A DNA stretch of 64,000 nucleotides from Felis catus (Eukaryota): contig NC_058368.1 of the NCBI RefSeq assembly GCF_018350175.1, positions 17,486,001-17,550,000 on the forward strand, read 5' to 3'. The notes beneath the pieces are model-generated. The model was not told where the DNA came from and made no database searches. It saw only the letters and a list, made by a program, of their open reading frames with translations. The position numbers and the translations under genes were made by a program. Shown here piece after piece: positions 11,375 to 24,110 of this stretch; the stretch's first letter is position 1; each line of letters starts with the position of its first letter.

Positions 11375-13144
11375 GGTAAGTGACCATTTGAAGCAGAACT
11401 AATAATGACTGATGAATTTATATAACGTGTAGAAGTAAAAAAATGACAAAAATATCACAAGAGATGAGAAAATGAAAACATGCTGTTGTAAAACTATGAG
11501 AAATAATATAATATTTGAAGTAGATTCTGACAGTGTAAAGAGGAGTATTGTAAATTCTAGTGCAACCAAAAATAAAACAAACACATATGGGATAGCCAAT
11601 AGAAAAAGGTAAAACTCTATCTTCATTTTGGTGATTAAAATATCTGTACGTCATTTGGTGATTAAAATATCTCTCAAGATTCAGCAAACCATACACTTAA
11701 AATGGGTGGGTTTTACTGAAGGCAAATTAAGCGTCGATAGATTTGAGTAAAAAATGAAACTGAAGATTGGAGAATGGGAACAGAAACAAGACAGAAGATG
11801 GGAAAACGGAGAATGAAAACAACAGAAAAGAGACTTCGGTGGAGGAATGGTGGCGGAGAGAATAGCTGTTGGATAACCTTGACCCACAAGTACATCTGGT
11901 GAGTGAAAGAACGTGATTAGGTGTAAGAGGAAGTAAAAGGAATGTGAACAGCAGTTGTACAGCAGATGCCAGGAAAACAAAATGAATGAACTCATTGTCA
12001 ACTGAAACCAGAGAGCCAGAATATTGAATGTCAGGTATTCTCGTTTCCTTTAGTTTCCTTAGCCATGGTTTGTAGCCTCGAGGAAGCACCGAGGAGGCAT
12101 TACTAAGGGTTAGGAATCGCAGAGCACATATGGCTCGGAAGTACGTAGTGTTAGGAAAGCAAGGTAGATAAGACTGCTCGGTATTTAAAGGGTAGGAGCA
12201 GTAAACCTTGGTTAGGAAAGAACAGGTAGAGCATGTATGAAATATAGGAAAGGTGAAATGTCAGAATGGGACGAAGAAAAATATTTTCTATGATCCGTTG
12301 ATACATGATGCAACCTGAGCTTTCCAAAGTTGTGTAGTAATGGTAGGTAGCTGAGGCTGAAAAGAGAAAACACTTCTACTGGGTACAGACCTAAAAAGTA
12401 AGTCCCTCCCTTCTCTGTAGGGAATAATCTCAGTGGACATCAAACTTATCAACTTGTACCTTTGACAGAAAAGTATTTCTCATTCTCCTTGGTGTATGGA
12501 TCTCGATGGCATATTTTTTAAGAGTTACTTGGTGCCCAGTCTCTCAATTCATTGTGGGCCTTACAGACCACAGTGCAGGGTATGCTTTAAGGTGTAACTC
12601 CTAAAAGCATAAGCCAAGTTCACTATAGACGAAAAAACGAAAAAACATTGGACTAAAATGTTTTTAGCCTCTCAGGGCCTTAATAGGGCTGATGATGGAT
12701 GATTCCTACCCGAGAAAAAGAGGACAAAGAGATTTTGGCTCATCAATAAAGCACCTGACTCCTTGAGAAATGTCTGGAGATTGAATTTAAAGTCAATCTT
12801 AAATTAATTTGACAAATGCACATAAAGAGTATTACCTGCACCAACTATATGTCAGACCTATAAGTATCTATGTAGAAACAACAGCTTATAATTAATACAG
12901 AAAAAAAAGAACACTACTTTTCCTGGTTAGGAGCATAGAAAAGGCAAGTTTGAAACAAAAGTGTCATTCGGACATTTGATAGGACATCAGCTATCAAGAT
13001 CATGACTTATTTTTTAATAGCTTTGGAAATGTTTCTTGAAGACTCTCCTCTTGCACTGACCTCTCCCCTTTCAATTCATAAAGTACTATTGTCTATTTGT
13101 CACTTTTGTACTTAAATGTATTCTCAATTGCTTCTGTATGTCCT

Positions 13145-13359
13145 TAAAAATTTTTTTTAATGTTTATTTTTGAGACACAGAGAGAGACAGAGCATGAGCA
13201 GGGGAGGGGCAGAGAGAGAGGGGGAGACACAGAATCTGAAGCAGCTCCAGGCTCTGAGCTGTCAGCACAGAGCCCGACATGGGGCTTGAACCCATAAACC
13301 GTGAGATCACGACCTGAGCGAAGTTGGATGTTTAACCAACTGAGCCACCCAGGTGCCCC
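13145..13359 (-). mobile_element. Can-SINE
   Basis: 21-bp flanking duplication tcaattgcttctgtatgtcct. Confidence 0.95.
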
Positions 13360-14269
13360 ATCAATTGCTTCTGTATGTCCTGACCTCCATCAAGCTTGCA
13401 AAATAATAGAGAATGGAATTTTTGTATCTTTCATAATGCTTTGCCTAGTGCTACGCACATAATAAATGCTCAATTAATACAGTCACACCTGGATTCTGAG
13501 ATCCTTCAATGGTAGAGAATAAGAGAGCTATAAGGCAGAATTTCCAGTCTCAGAGGTGAGTCAAGAGCAGCAAGGATGTATCAAGGAGGAGTCTCTCACA
13601 GTGACTGGTGCAAGCACAGAAAGGAGGAAGGGCTCTTCCTCCAGGATGTAAGTACCCACTTGTTAGACCCAAAGGAGCCCTCCCTTAAACAGGTTAACTT
13701 TCTTTCCCCTATGTGACTATACAAGGATAATCTCAACCTTTCTCATCAGGAGAGGATTGAAAGGTCTGATAATGGCATGAGCCACTCACCTGTATCCTCT
13801 CGTCCTCCATCAGTAGACTTCCAGAACCCGGAATGCCACCATCTAATACAATGAATAGCCATGGGAGGCAGCGGTAAAGTGAAGAATTGGAAATTCTTCC
13901 CAGGTGTGGCGTGCTATTGGGTGGGTCATCTACCCCTCTCTAAGTCGCCTCTCCTCTGTACAACTGGATCTCATAATGTCAATGCATGTTGAATAAATTT
14001 CCAGTCTACTCGAGGTCTAGAGAGCAGGAAACGCACCAAAGGCACTTCTAAACGAGAAGAATCCTTTCCAAAGGGACGCCTCCATATCTGGGGACATTTT
14101 CGTTTTAACTATGTACATTCCCAGAATAGTCAGATCACCTCTGCTTAGGAATCAGGGACATGGTCACAGAGAGTCCTTTACCTTAAAAGGAAAGAAATTG
14201 GAAAAACAGTGCATGATGGCCCTCATTTCACCTCCACTTGCAGTGGGAGCTCAGACAAGTCATTCAAAC

Positions 14270-14420
14270 TCCCCAGGCCCATTTCCTCTTCTAAAATACG
14301 ATCGTGACAATGGTTCCTGCCTCGTGAGAATATTGTGAGGATTTATTGAAATACTGCACTTAAAGAGCTTGGAACCATGTGTGGCACATAGACACCATTC
14401 AATAAATACTAGCTATTGTA
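14270..14420 (+). mobile_element. MIR SINE 3' part
   Basis: tttcctcttctaaaat..tattgtgaggattta..tgtggcacatag..caataaatactagct. Confidence 0.7.
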
Positions 14421-14689
14421 AAGAGGAGCACAACAGATACAGCTGTCAGGATACTTGATACTTTGTGGGACTCACAAACTTCATGACTTGAATTCAAGGC
14501 TGTTTTAGGACCTTGAAAGAACCATGGGCCTCTTGTTTGAAAGACCCCAACACACAAAATAAACAGATAAAATATATATAGTCAAATTCTCAAGTCAATG
14601 GAATTGCTGTCATAACATTTTTGAAAATACATATAATTTTACTATTGACAGCTTTCCTCATTTTGAATATATTTTTTTTAGGTCTGAAA

Positions 14690-14879
14690 GATTTTTTGAG
14701 AGAGAGAGAGCGTGTGCGTACACAAGGGAGGGGCGGGGGAGAGGAAGAGAGAATCTTAAACGGAGTCCAGGCCCGGCAAGGAGCCAATATGGGGCTTGAT
14801 CTCATGACTGTAAGATCATGACCTGAGCTGAAATCAAGAGTCTGATGATGCTCAAGTGACTGAGCCACCCAGGCGCCCC
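14690..14879 (-). mobile_element. Can-SINE
   Basis: Head gagccacccaggcgcccc, aaatcaagagtc variant. Confidence 0.9.
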
Positions 14880-14914
14880 AGGTCCAAAACACTTTTCAAA
14901 TGGTAATTGCCACT

Positions 14915-15100
14915 GTGCGTTGAGTGCTTAATGCTCACCAGATTCTGTCTTACAAGCATTACATACCTTCACTTATTTAATCCTCACAATAACCACGAGA
15001 TAGGTACCTCTATTGCCTCCATTGTACAGATGAGAAAAACCAAAGCACAGAGAACCTAAGTGACTTCCCCTGATGGCACAGCTAGTAAGGAGCGGAGCTC
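14915..15100 (-). mobile_element. MIR SINE
   Basis: tttaatcctcacaataacc..ccattgtacagatgagaaaa..aagtgacttcccc..cacagctagtaag. Confidence 0.85.
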
Positions 15101-15355
15101 ACGTAATGTCCCAACGTGACACCAGTGGAGCTTGAGTATTTGTCAAGCTAGGACATGGCACAACTAGGAAGGACAGAGCTCAAGGTACTTGACCAACATG
15201 ACAAAACTATGAACGGGTAGAGCTAAAGGAACTTGTCTACTAGGGCAACAACTGGTAACTAGCAGGCTTCAAGCAACTTCCCAAGATGGCACAGCTGGTA
15301 AGGGGCCATGACTAAGTACCCTCCCAGGTCACACAGCCTGTGAGGGGTGGAGACG
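15058..15355. repeat. Degenerate tandem array, ~7 units of ~43 bp, derived from the MIR core
   Basis: Units start at about 15058, 15101, 15134, 15182, 15226, 15271 and 15314. Each resembles aagtgacttgcccaaggtcacacagctagtaagtggcagagct. Confidence 0.75.
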
Positions 15356-15696
15356 ATAGGTGGTCGAGCACCACGCTCTTACGCTTTCTTCTGTAGTGCC
15401 TGTAGTACTCTTTCTTCTGTAGTTCATTGGTTCTGGGCTCTATGCAGTGACTCTTAACAGACAATATGGCCTTCATTTTACATTTGTCTTCTCCCTCATT
15501 TCTTCAAAGTGGGTCTTAAGACAAAAAAAGTCTTCTTTTCTTGCCTTTGGGAGGCAAGGGAAGAGGAGCACTGAAAAGCCTGCCTCCAACTGCAACCACC
15601 CATCTAGAACGGAAGAGCCCTCAGGTTAGAATGTTGGCTTTTTCTGAGGAGCACAAAGTCGGCTGAGGCTTGTGGCTGGAGAGGAGGAAGAAACGT

Positions 15697-16012
15697 GTTT
15701 AGGATTAGGGAACGGCGAGTGTGCCACTTGGCTTGGTATAAAATTTAAGATTCACCAAAATACTCAATAATCAAGAAAAATTTAATAAAATATTTTTGAA
15801 AATTTAAACAGAAAAAAAAAAACATAAAGAAGAAAATATCAGACTTTTAAATAAAGGCCAATAGTAGGTGAAGCAATTGAGGCCAAGTCATGCAAGATGA
15901 GTGTTCGAAAGACTGCATTAAAATGTTATTTACGTGAGTCATTGCATTTTTAGAAACCCCTTAAATTTTGTGGCCGAGCAGAGTGCCTCACGCACCTTAT
16001 CCTTATCCTGAA
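15697..16012. mobile_element. MER96-like hAT MITE with terminal inverted repeats
   Basis: Left taggattaggg..gcgagtgtgccact..aaaatttaag versus right cttaaatttt..agtgcctcacgc..ccttatcctg. Confidence 0.65.
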
Positions 16013-16187
16013 TTGGGGAAGAAGAGAAGGCTTGGCATCCATTGGAGCCGGAGGAATAATCCTGGGGCCTCACATGAAAAAAGAGGGCATGAAGCCTCCC
16101 TAAGAACATCCCGTGCCAGGTTCCCTATCATACATTATTTCCTTTACTCCTGACAGCTACCCTTCAAGGCAACTATTAGCATGATCG

Positions 16188-16400
16188 CTTTTTTGAAAAG
16201 TTTATTTATTTATTGTTGAGCGTGAGAGCGAGAGCAAGCAGGGGGAGAGGCAGAGAGAGAGGGAGAGAAAGAATCCCAAGCAGGCTCTGTGCTCTCAGTG
16301 TGGATCCTGACACAGGGCTTGATCTCATGGTTTGTGAGATCATGACCTGAGCCAAAATGAAGAGTTGGGGCTTAACCCGATTGAGCCCCCCAGCGGTCCC
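16188..16400 (-). mobile_element. Can-SINE
   Basis: gaatcccaagcaggctctg..gagatcatgacctgagcc. Confidence 0.9.
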
Positions 16401-17809
16401 GGCATTATCATTTATATAAGGGAGCTGAAGGCCAAAGTTACAAGGATAGAAAGTAGCCAAGCTGAGTTTCCAGATCTCCCTGCCTCTGGAGCCTGGCTAT
16501 TCCCACTACTGGCCGGTATGTGCCTAATAGCTAATAAGCAGAATTCTTGACATTTTTTTTTTTTCATTTTTAGGTCATAAGTTCTATCACATGAAGACAG
16601 AAATCACAATGAGAAATCTCACTTACTTGACCCCTCTGGAGGCTGCCTGGAATTTTAAGGAACAGATTTCCTCTCCTGGTACTTGAAAAAACTACAGTTC
16701 CTCCCAAGTCACTCATGTATTAACGGCTCGGGACGTAAGAGTGTTGATGGAATGCACCCTTTTAGTATTGGTGTACCATTTTCTGGGCCACAGCATATTT
16801 GGAATAGAAATGATCAGTTAAGTGAATTCAGTGACAATTTACACTTGTGTTGTAAATCCAGCCCGTTATTTATGGTAATCCAATTTTGGGTGCAGCGGAA
16901 AGAGAGTGGGCTTGGAGTCTGAAATGAAATCGACTGCCAGTATGTTACTTTGAATCATTTATTGAAATCTCTCTGGGGTTTCAGTTTCCTTTTGTACAAA
17001 ATAATAGGTTTTTTTTTCCCCATGAAAATGAGATATATGAAATCCTGCCTCCCTTAAATCGGCATGACCCAGTGATGAAGAACCTACGTTGTGATTTCTA
17101 CTTGAACATCAGGAATCCAGGTTCAGTCAATACTTCTACACTGCCAGATGCAATTAAGGCATAGGGCCCTCCTTGATCTAAGAAAATAATTAAAACTATT
17201 AGTAAACAAGTGCACATAGATCTGACTCCACTGGTTACTTCATCATTGCTGTCTTCTATAGCCACTATTGGCATCTATCACAACTTGGGCTCTGGTCCAT
17301 AAATAGACAGCTATTATAGCTGCATTATTATCATCTTGTTTGTACAAGTTCTGCTGTGAACAATAACCATTTATTATCTAAGAAATCACCTTTGGCTTCC
17401 ATAAACTAATATTCTATGAATTCATAGACCAGGCATAGTATTTCAGGCAGATTTAATCAAATACATTTTTGTGCCCCAATAGATTTTGGGCATAACTCTG
17501 CTGTATTTATTTAATCTTTGTATTCTCGATGGCAGGTACAATGCCTGGCTTGTGTGATAGGTTCCTCAAGAGACGATACTTGATCCTTGATGGACATCAC
17601 TAAAACAGCTGGGGTTTTTGTTTGTTTATTTCATCCATGGGTATATAAATATTCTAAACACTAGGCTCTCCAGAGTCGGCTATACCGCTTAGCAAATGAC
17701 CCATGAATCAGAGCATCCGATTGAAAAGTAAGGATTAGGGACTAAAAGATCCTGGTGTTTGATACTGGTCTAGCTTTTGACTTATTGGAACTGATTTACC
17801 TGAGTTGAG

Positions 17810-18021
17810 GTTTTTTTTGTGTGTTTTGGTTTTTTTTTGAGAGAGAGAAAGAGAGAGCACGAGTTGGGGAAACGGGCAGAGGGAGAGAGACAGAGTCCCA
17901 AGCTGGCTCCACACTCAGTGTGGAGCCGGATGTAGGGCTCGATCCCATGACCCTGGGATCATGAACTAAGCCTTAATCAAGAGTGTTAGACACTCAACCG
18001 ACTGAACCACCCAGGTACCCC
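17810..18021 (-). mobile_element. Can-SINE
   Basis: Full body, older subfamily. Confidence 0.9.
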
Positions 18022-18429
18022 ATTGGACCTAATTCAGATGAAAGACCAATTCTTGCCATTTAGCTTCATTTTCTAATATTTTGGCATTTGATCCTTTAGA
18101 AAGATCTTTGGGGAATTCATTCATCTAACAAATATATGTCAGTTAATGGAGTTCAGTCCTATACACAGCCATAACACATTATTCTTTCAAGGCTGCATCC
18201 TGTGGCAGCTCCCTGTATGAGAATGATGGGTAGAATGTACATTCCAACAATGGGAGAGCAAGTGAGGGGCCTCCAATTGCCCAGGTTCAGCTCAAGGGTC
18301 CAACAGGTGGCCACATCCTCCCGATGACCTCCTCCAGCAGTCTGGTATAAAGGAGGAAAGAGAAATGAGTAATCTTGTGACTTTAGAATCTATGGCACCG
18401 GATTCTCTCCCTGGAACTGGATGAGGAGA

Positions 18430-19200
18430 GTCAGGGACAGTAAGGAGTTAAGAATGACTCCAGATTTTTGGCTTGAGGTTTCTGGAAAAGGAAACTAAAG
18501 ACTCTCGACAGATTTGGAGCAAAAAAGCAAAGAACTTAATTTGGGACATGGCTTGACGTTGACATGCTTGTGGTATATTTAACATTAGATGTCTTACAGG
18601 CAGTTGGATATCCCAGCCTGGAGCTCTGGAAAAAGGTCTGGGCTGAGATGGGGATTTGGGAGATATCTTTTGCTTAGGTAGAAGTGGAAACTAAGCCCAT
18701 AAGTGAGATCACTCAGAGTGGAAAGAGTAATGGAAGAGTGAGAACTGAAGTCTCAAGCAACAAGTTTTAAGAGGAGAGTAAGAGAGAAGAGTTAGTGAAG
18801 GACACTGTGAAGGAGCAACCAGAAGGGTGGGAGGAAATCTGGGGGAGAGTAATATGGCAGCAAGAATAATTTGAAGAAGAGGATGTGGTCAGCGTTTCAA
18901 CATGTGAAAGACAGATCAAATAATGACATGACCATTGGGTTGAGCCAAGAGGAGGTTCTCAGTGACTTGGGTAACTGCAATTTCAGTTAAACTATCTGGG
19001 AAGATGGGAACCAATTTGCCGTGGGTTGAGAAATCAAGTGGAGGTGAAGAAGGAGAGATGAACAGTGCAATTTTCAGGAAGCTTGCCTGAGAAGAGAACG
19101 GGAGAAATAGAGTGGGCAGCTAATGAGGAAGGATCCAGGATTTAATGCATTTATGTCTGGTTTTAAGATTGAAGAGAACTGTAAATATTTGCTGAGAGGA
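18430..19200 (-). mobile_element. L2 LINE remnant
   Basis: gaatgactccagatttttggcttgag..aggcagttggatat..ggtctgggctgaga. Confidence 0.7.
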
Positions 19201-20719
19201 GAAGGGAGTTTAAAAATGGAAAAGAAGGGATGGTTGTCACAGGAAGGGACGGGAAACCACAGAATGGGCAGTGGAGTTTGCCCTCGTTTTTCTTATACTT
19301 TAAGTTCCTTCCACCAAATTGGGAAAGCAAGAGAAAGAATACCACAGAGGAAGGGGAAAACATTTGTTTTCTCCCTCCCTCCCTACCCATAACTTCCCAC
19401 TTTTTCTCTACAGTGAGCCCAAGATTTTGAAGACACGCACATTTATAGGCACAGAGATTGTGTGTCGGGACAACGTTATAAATAAAAAGTATAGTTGTGA
19501 TTAGTATAAACCTCTCACTTAAACCACACAAAGCTGCACTGGCTTGATCTCAAACACAGGGTAGACTTGAAGCTATTGTTAACTCAGTTATCTTAAAGTG
19601 CATCCTTAGGATTTTTGTGGTATTACAGAATTGGCGATAATCAGTTCCCAAGACATTACAGCTCTTTCTGTGATCCCTGCGAGTATTAATTTAGATACTT
19701 CAGAAGGGAGGGAAGCCTGTCCCTGTACTGTCAGTTTACTAGTCAAGTGGGACGGAAAGGATGAATATTTGCTCCAATTCTCCACCTTTCTCTCATTTTT
19801 CAAGTGAAGAGACAGATTACCATTGGAACAAAATGTGCTCTCACTGCGTGGAAGGTTTACTTTATGTGCCTGCAGAGCCTGATGAGGGCACATCGCATTT
19901 AGGGCTTTATAAACAATTAAATAACACCCTTCCTTAGTGTAAAATTATTCAGAACACCTATGTTGGTATCAGTTTGGAAGTTGTTAAGGCAGTCACACGA
20001 AGCATGGAAAACATAAAAGGTGCATAAATAGAGAGACGATGTGTCACAGGAAATCAGGATTTAACCTCGAAGGGAGGACAGGAAAAGAGGCAGTATTTGA
20101 ACCCAACAGATCTAAACACAGATTGTAACTGTGGTGTCCACCAACTGTGTCCCTTACCTGGGCAAATGTGCCCTGTTAAATGATGCCAGTCCCCTTCAGT
20201 TGGGCAGAAATTTCGACAGAAACTACAGCATGTTGGTTTCATAGCCAGCTTCTGAGTGCTCATCAAAACACAGAGTGAAAGAAAAATCTGTTTTGCTCAG
20301 ATCTCCAAATCTGCCACAATTAAGTTGTCTGTCACTTTATACCTTAGAGATTAGGGCAGAGATAGACTTCTCACTGGCTATAAGAGTATCAGCCAGTGGG
20401 GTAACAAAGACTGGGAGCATAGTGGGAAAAGGAACACCACCGGTCTGACTACGAGAGAACACTGTGTTGGGTGAGACTTTTCTCTCCTTTGAGGTGTTAT
20501 GATTGAATACCTCCATGTTTTTCTATAACCCTGTTGACTGAAGAGCTATACAGATTCCACAAGCACAAGCCTGAATACACCAGAAGATGAGCTGATGCCT
20601 GAGGAATGGAATATTCCATTTTAAAGACCAAAATATTGCATAGGGTGAACCAAAAAAGGAGCGGCCGCGAAGAAAAGCTAAAACCCAGAGGGACTAAAAT
20701 AGGTCCTTCTTAATACCCA

Positions 20720-21455
20720 CTCAACCATAAACATGCACTGTTGTTTTTTTTTCCTTAAATATCTTCTATGTTCTATTCACTTTTGTTTTCATTCTTAATC
20801 TTGTTCATTTGAAATTTCCTTCTTTTTTTTAAAATCAATATTGCTGGACTTATCCATTTTTCTTTCCAAAGAACCCGTGTTTGCCTTTGTTGATTTTTTT
20901 CTGTAATACCTTGATTTCCTATTTTGCTCCTTATTCTTTCTTCTTGTTCTCTTTGGGTTTATCCTGTTCTTTTTCTAACTTCTTAAGTGTATGTTTAGCT
21001 CATTATACTAAATCCTTCTTCTGTCGCATAATGCTACGGTTTTCCCTCTAAGTGCCACTTTTGTTGGGCCATTTAAGTTCTCATGTGTGTATCTCCATTA
21101 TATTCTGTTCCAAATACTTTACTTCCATAATGATTCTTCTTCGAAGTCTGTTTTTAAGGTTACAAGTATGAGGAATTTTATTCATCTTTGTGTTACTGAT
21201 CTCAAACTCAACTGCATAACTGACAGAGAAAGCAGTATGTGTGATATAGATGATCTGGAATATTGAGACCTGAACTGCAGCTAAGTATATGGCCAATCTT
21301 GTAAATGCTCCATTTATGCTTGAAAAAGAATGAGTATTCTCTAACTATTGTTACTCTATAAAGTCTGCTATTTGTCTTAAAAAGTTTTTGATGTCCTTGA
21401 GCTACTGAGAAAAATGAATTTGTTAATTTTCCTTGAAGTCGTATCAGTTTTTGCT
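20720..21455 (-). mobile_element. Old L1 ORF2 (endonuclease region) remnant
   Basis: ttttctaacttcttaag..tttccctctaagt..aatgctccatttatgcttgaaaaagaatg. Confidence 0.65.
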
Positions 21456-21458
21456 TGC

Positions 21459-21667
21459 TTTTTTTTTTTAATGTTTATTTATTTTCGAGGCGGGGGGGAA
21501 TGCGAGCAGGGGAGGGGTAGAGAGCGAGGGAGTTACACAGTCGGAAGCAGGCTCCAGGCTCTGAGCTGTCAGCACAGAGCCTGATGCGGGGCTCGAACTC
21601 ACGAATGGTGAGATCATGGCCTGAGCCGAAGTCAGACACTTAACCGACTGAGCCGCCCAGGTGCCCC
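21459..21667 (-). mobile_element. Can-SINE (SINEC_Fc type)
   Basis: TSD ttgcttgct. Confidence 0.93.
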
Positions 21668-22068
21668 ATTGCTTGCTATTTTCTTCCGTTCTCTTCAGAA
21701 TGCCAGAGCAAAACCTCAGGAGCTGGAGGAGCACAAGGCTTGGAGAAACTGGTTTACGCCGATCGAATGTATCATTAGGTGGATTTGATTAACTTGAATA
21801 TTTTCGCCATCTCTCACTTTTCCAGTCCGAGATTTGTTTAATGCCTTGGTACTTTCATGGTTCCATTAAGGTCACAGTGCCCAGGGCAACGTTTTACTAA
21901 AGGAGGAAGGAGCTGCTTCCAGGAAATTTCAAGCCAACCTGCATCATCAATGGTGCCTGCTTGTCTGACAGCTTCCTCTTGAGGTTTACGTTTCCATTAG
22001 CCGTGGCTTGTAACTCATAGGGGTAACTTCAGCATGGTCTCACACCTTCTTACACAGTCTGTAATAGT

Positions 22069-22070
<2 letters not shown>

Positions 22071-22119
<49 letters not shown>
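22071..22119. repeat. (AG)n microsatellite
   Basis: Directly visible, about 24 units. Confidence 0.97.
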
Positions 22120-22121
<2 letters not shown>

Positions 22122-22264
22122 CTGCCAGCCCATGATGAGTTGAATTTAATAAATTCATCTATTCGTGATTTAATGGCCCTTTTGTTTTTAGTGTTTCACC
22201 TTCTTTCTTGATCCCTTTTATAACCACAGTGAGGTCACTGCATCACTGGTACCTTTTTTTTTTC

Positions 22265-22925
22265 TGTTTTAGCAGTTAATTTTTGTGGAAATAATTTTAG
22301 TTTTGAAGAACTGCAAAAACAGCGTAGAATTCCTATACACCTGTTCACCCTTACATTAACATCTTCCGTAACCACACTGTACTTATCAAAACAAAGAAAT
22401 TAACCTTGTTACCACACTATTTACTAAAGTTAATAAAGTAAAACAAAAACTTTCTCACATTGCACCAGGTTTTCAATTAATGTCTTTTTTGTGTTCTAGG
22501 ATCTAATGCAGGATCTCACATTACAGGCACTTGTCTTACATTTACATGACCCCTTCGTCTCCTCAATCTGTGATGGTGCCCCATTCTTTCCTGTCTCTCA
22601 TGACCTTGATATTTTTCAAGAGTAAGGCTCAATTATTTTGTAGAGTGTCCCTCACTTTGGGCCTGTTTGATGTCTTCTCATGATTGTGCTGATGTCATGC
22701 ATCATTGGGAAGGATACCACCGGAGTGCTGTCACTTTCCCAACGCATCATACCAGGGGTACATGAGGTCAGAATAGAGCTACTGTTACTCATCATCACTT
22801 GGCTAAGACGTCTGCCAGGAAGCGCACATGTAAATTGACTACTTTTCCCTTCGTAATTACTACATATTTGGGGATAGACACTTTGAAGCTTTGCCGATAT
22901 CCTCTTTGGACTTGAACTTTTGCAC
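22265..22925 (-). mobile_element. L1MC-type 3' end remnant
   Basis: taacatcttccgtaaccac..caggatctcacatt..ttttgtagagtgtccctca..cacttggctaag. Confidence 0.7.
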
Positions 22926-24070
22926 CAGGCTACCCAAGACCTAGTCTTCAGTGGGCATGAAACTGAAGCTCTTAGGTTACTGAAACTTCCTCCTTCCTCA
23001 AAACAGAAGTCTTCCAGAGTCAGCTTACAAGCTTACCTCGAAGGTTTTCAATTTCCTTTTCACTTTGGCTCCACAGGAATTGTTCTTACTGTCTTACAAG
23101 CTCTGTTACTACACTGGAAAGAACGCTTGTTACATTTTATCTAGCATTTCACTGTGTTTTGGAATGAACGACTCTTTTTCAGGTTAACTAGAACACGTTG
23201 CTGAAAATGGTTGTTGCTTCCAGCAACCCGCATACGTCGACACCAACGTGCATCTGTCTTCCAAAGGCCATCATCACGATGGCCATATTTTCTGAGTCCA
23301 AAATGAAGATCTCTATTCTGAAAATAAAACTTTTCTTAATTTGTGATTTTTTAAAGTGAAAAGATTTGTCATTGTGTAAAAATCAAATTATGTTATGTTT
23401 CGTGAAACTTTCACTCCTATATTTGGGAAAGAATAAAACCACATACAATTGAGGCAAACCCAGAAAACACTGGACATATGTTTTCTGCACCTACGGCTCA
23501 TTAATCATGTCGCTCAATTTCTCCCTTTCCGTTCAGGGCACATGATCTCCTGCAACACAGTTGCATCTGTGGAACACTGAGCTCCATTGTTTTTCTGTAA
23601 TTTCACAGTGATGATGATGACATAAGGAAATAACTACTATTTGCAAACGATGGATAGATTTACAAGTATACTTAACAAAATAGTTCTTCTTAACACTGAA
23701 AAAAAAAATTGTTCCATCATCTCCTATCACTATTTTATCACATTGCCCGCGTCTGACTTCTACACTGATACATTTTCAGCAGCATGCTTCTTTCTATAGT
23801 TGTTGTTGTTGTCGTTGTTGTTGTTTTTGACTACTGCCATCTGTCATTATAACTCCTCTCCTATGCTGAGTGGCTTTGCGTGTGAGGATTACCGGTCTCC
23901 TAGCCACTTGGACCTCTCAGTTCTCCATGAAAGAGGAAGATCTGACTCTGACTCTGGCTGTATTTAGATTTAGATACCTGACTCATCTAAATTTCCTGCT
24001 GAGATTAAGACCTGAAATGGAAAGCCAATTAAGTGTTTTCTGTTTAGGCTGGGGTAGGGGTTGGGGCTAT

Positions 24071-24074
<4 letters not shown>

Positions 24075-24107
<33 letters not shown>
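24075..24107. repeat. (GT)n microsatellite flanked by atgcacgtgtg
   Basis: Directly visible. Confidence 0.97.

Positions 24108-24110
<3 letters not shown>

Larger units (their letters stand above)
10360..11755 (+). mobile_element. Old L1 fragments (ORF1 end/inter-ORF and 3' end), interrupted by three SINEs
   Basis: ctagaattctgtatcca..gatctacacaaaggaat..; 3' end atacacttaaaatgggtg..aaatta. Confidence 0.6.

Noticed and set aside
11681..12089. Stacked minus-strand ORFs or a possible processed pseudogene
   Set aside because: Purine-rich low-complexity sequence depleted of stop codons on one strand; no recognisable protein, poly(A) tail or TSD.
15058..15355. CRISPR-like repeat array
   Set aside because: Eukaryotic DNA; the units are contiguous and degenerate with no repeat-spacer structure, and there are no cas genes.
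20540..20700. Coding-looking stretch with an isolated NotI site (gcggccgc)
   Set aside because: The frames I translated close quickly and give no recognisable protein; one 8-mer is not evidence of a CpG island or vector.
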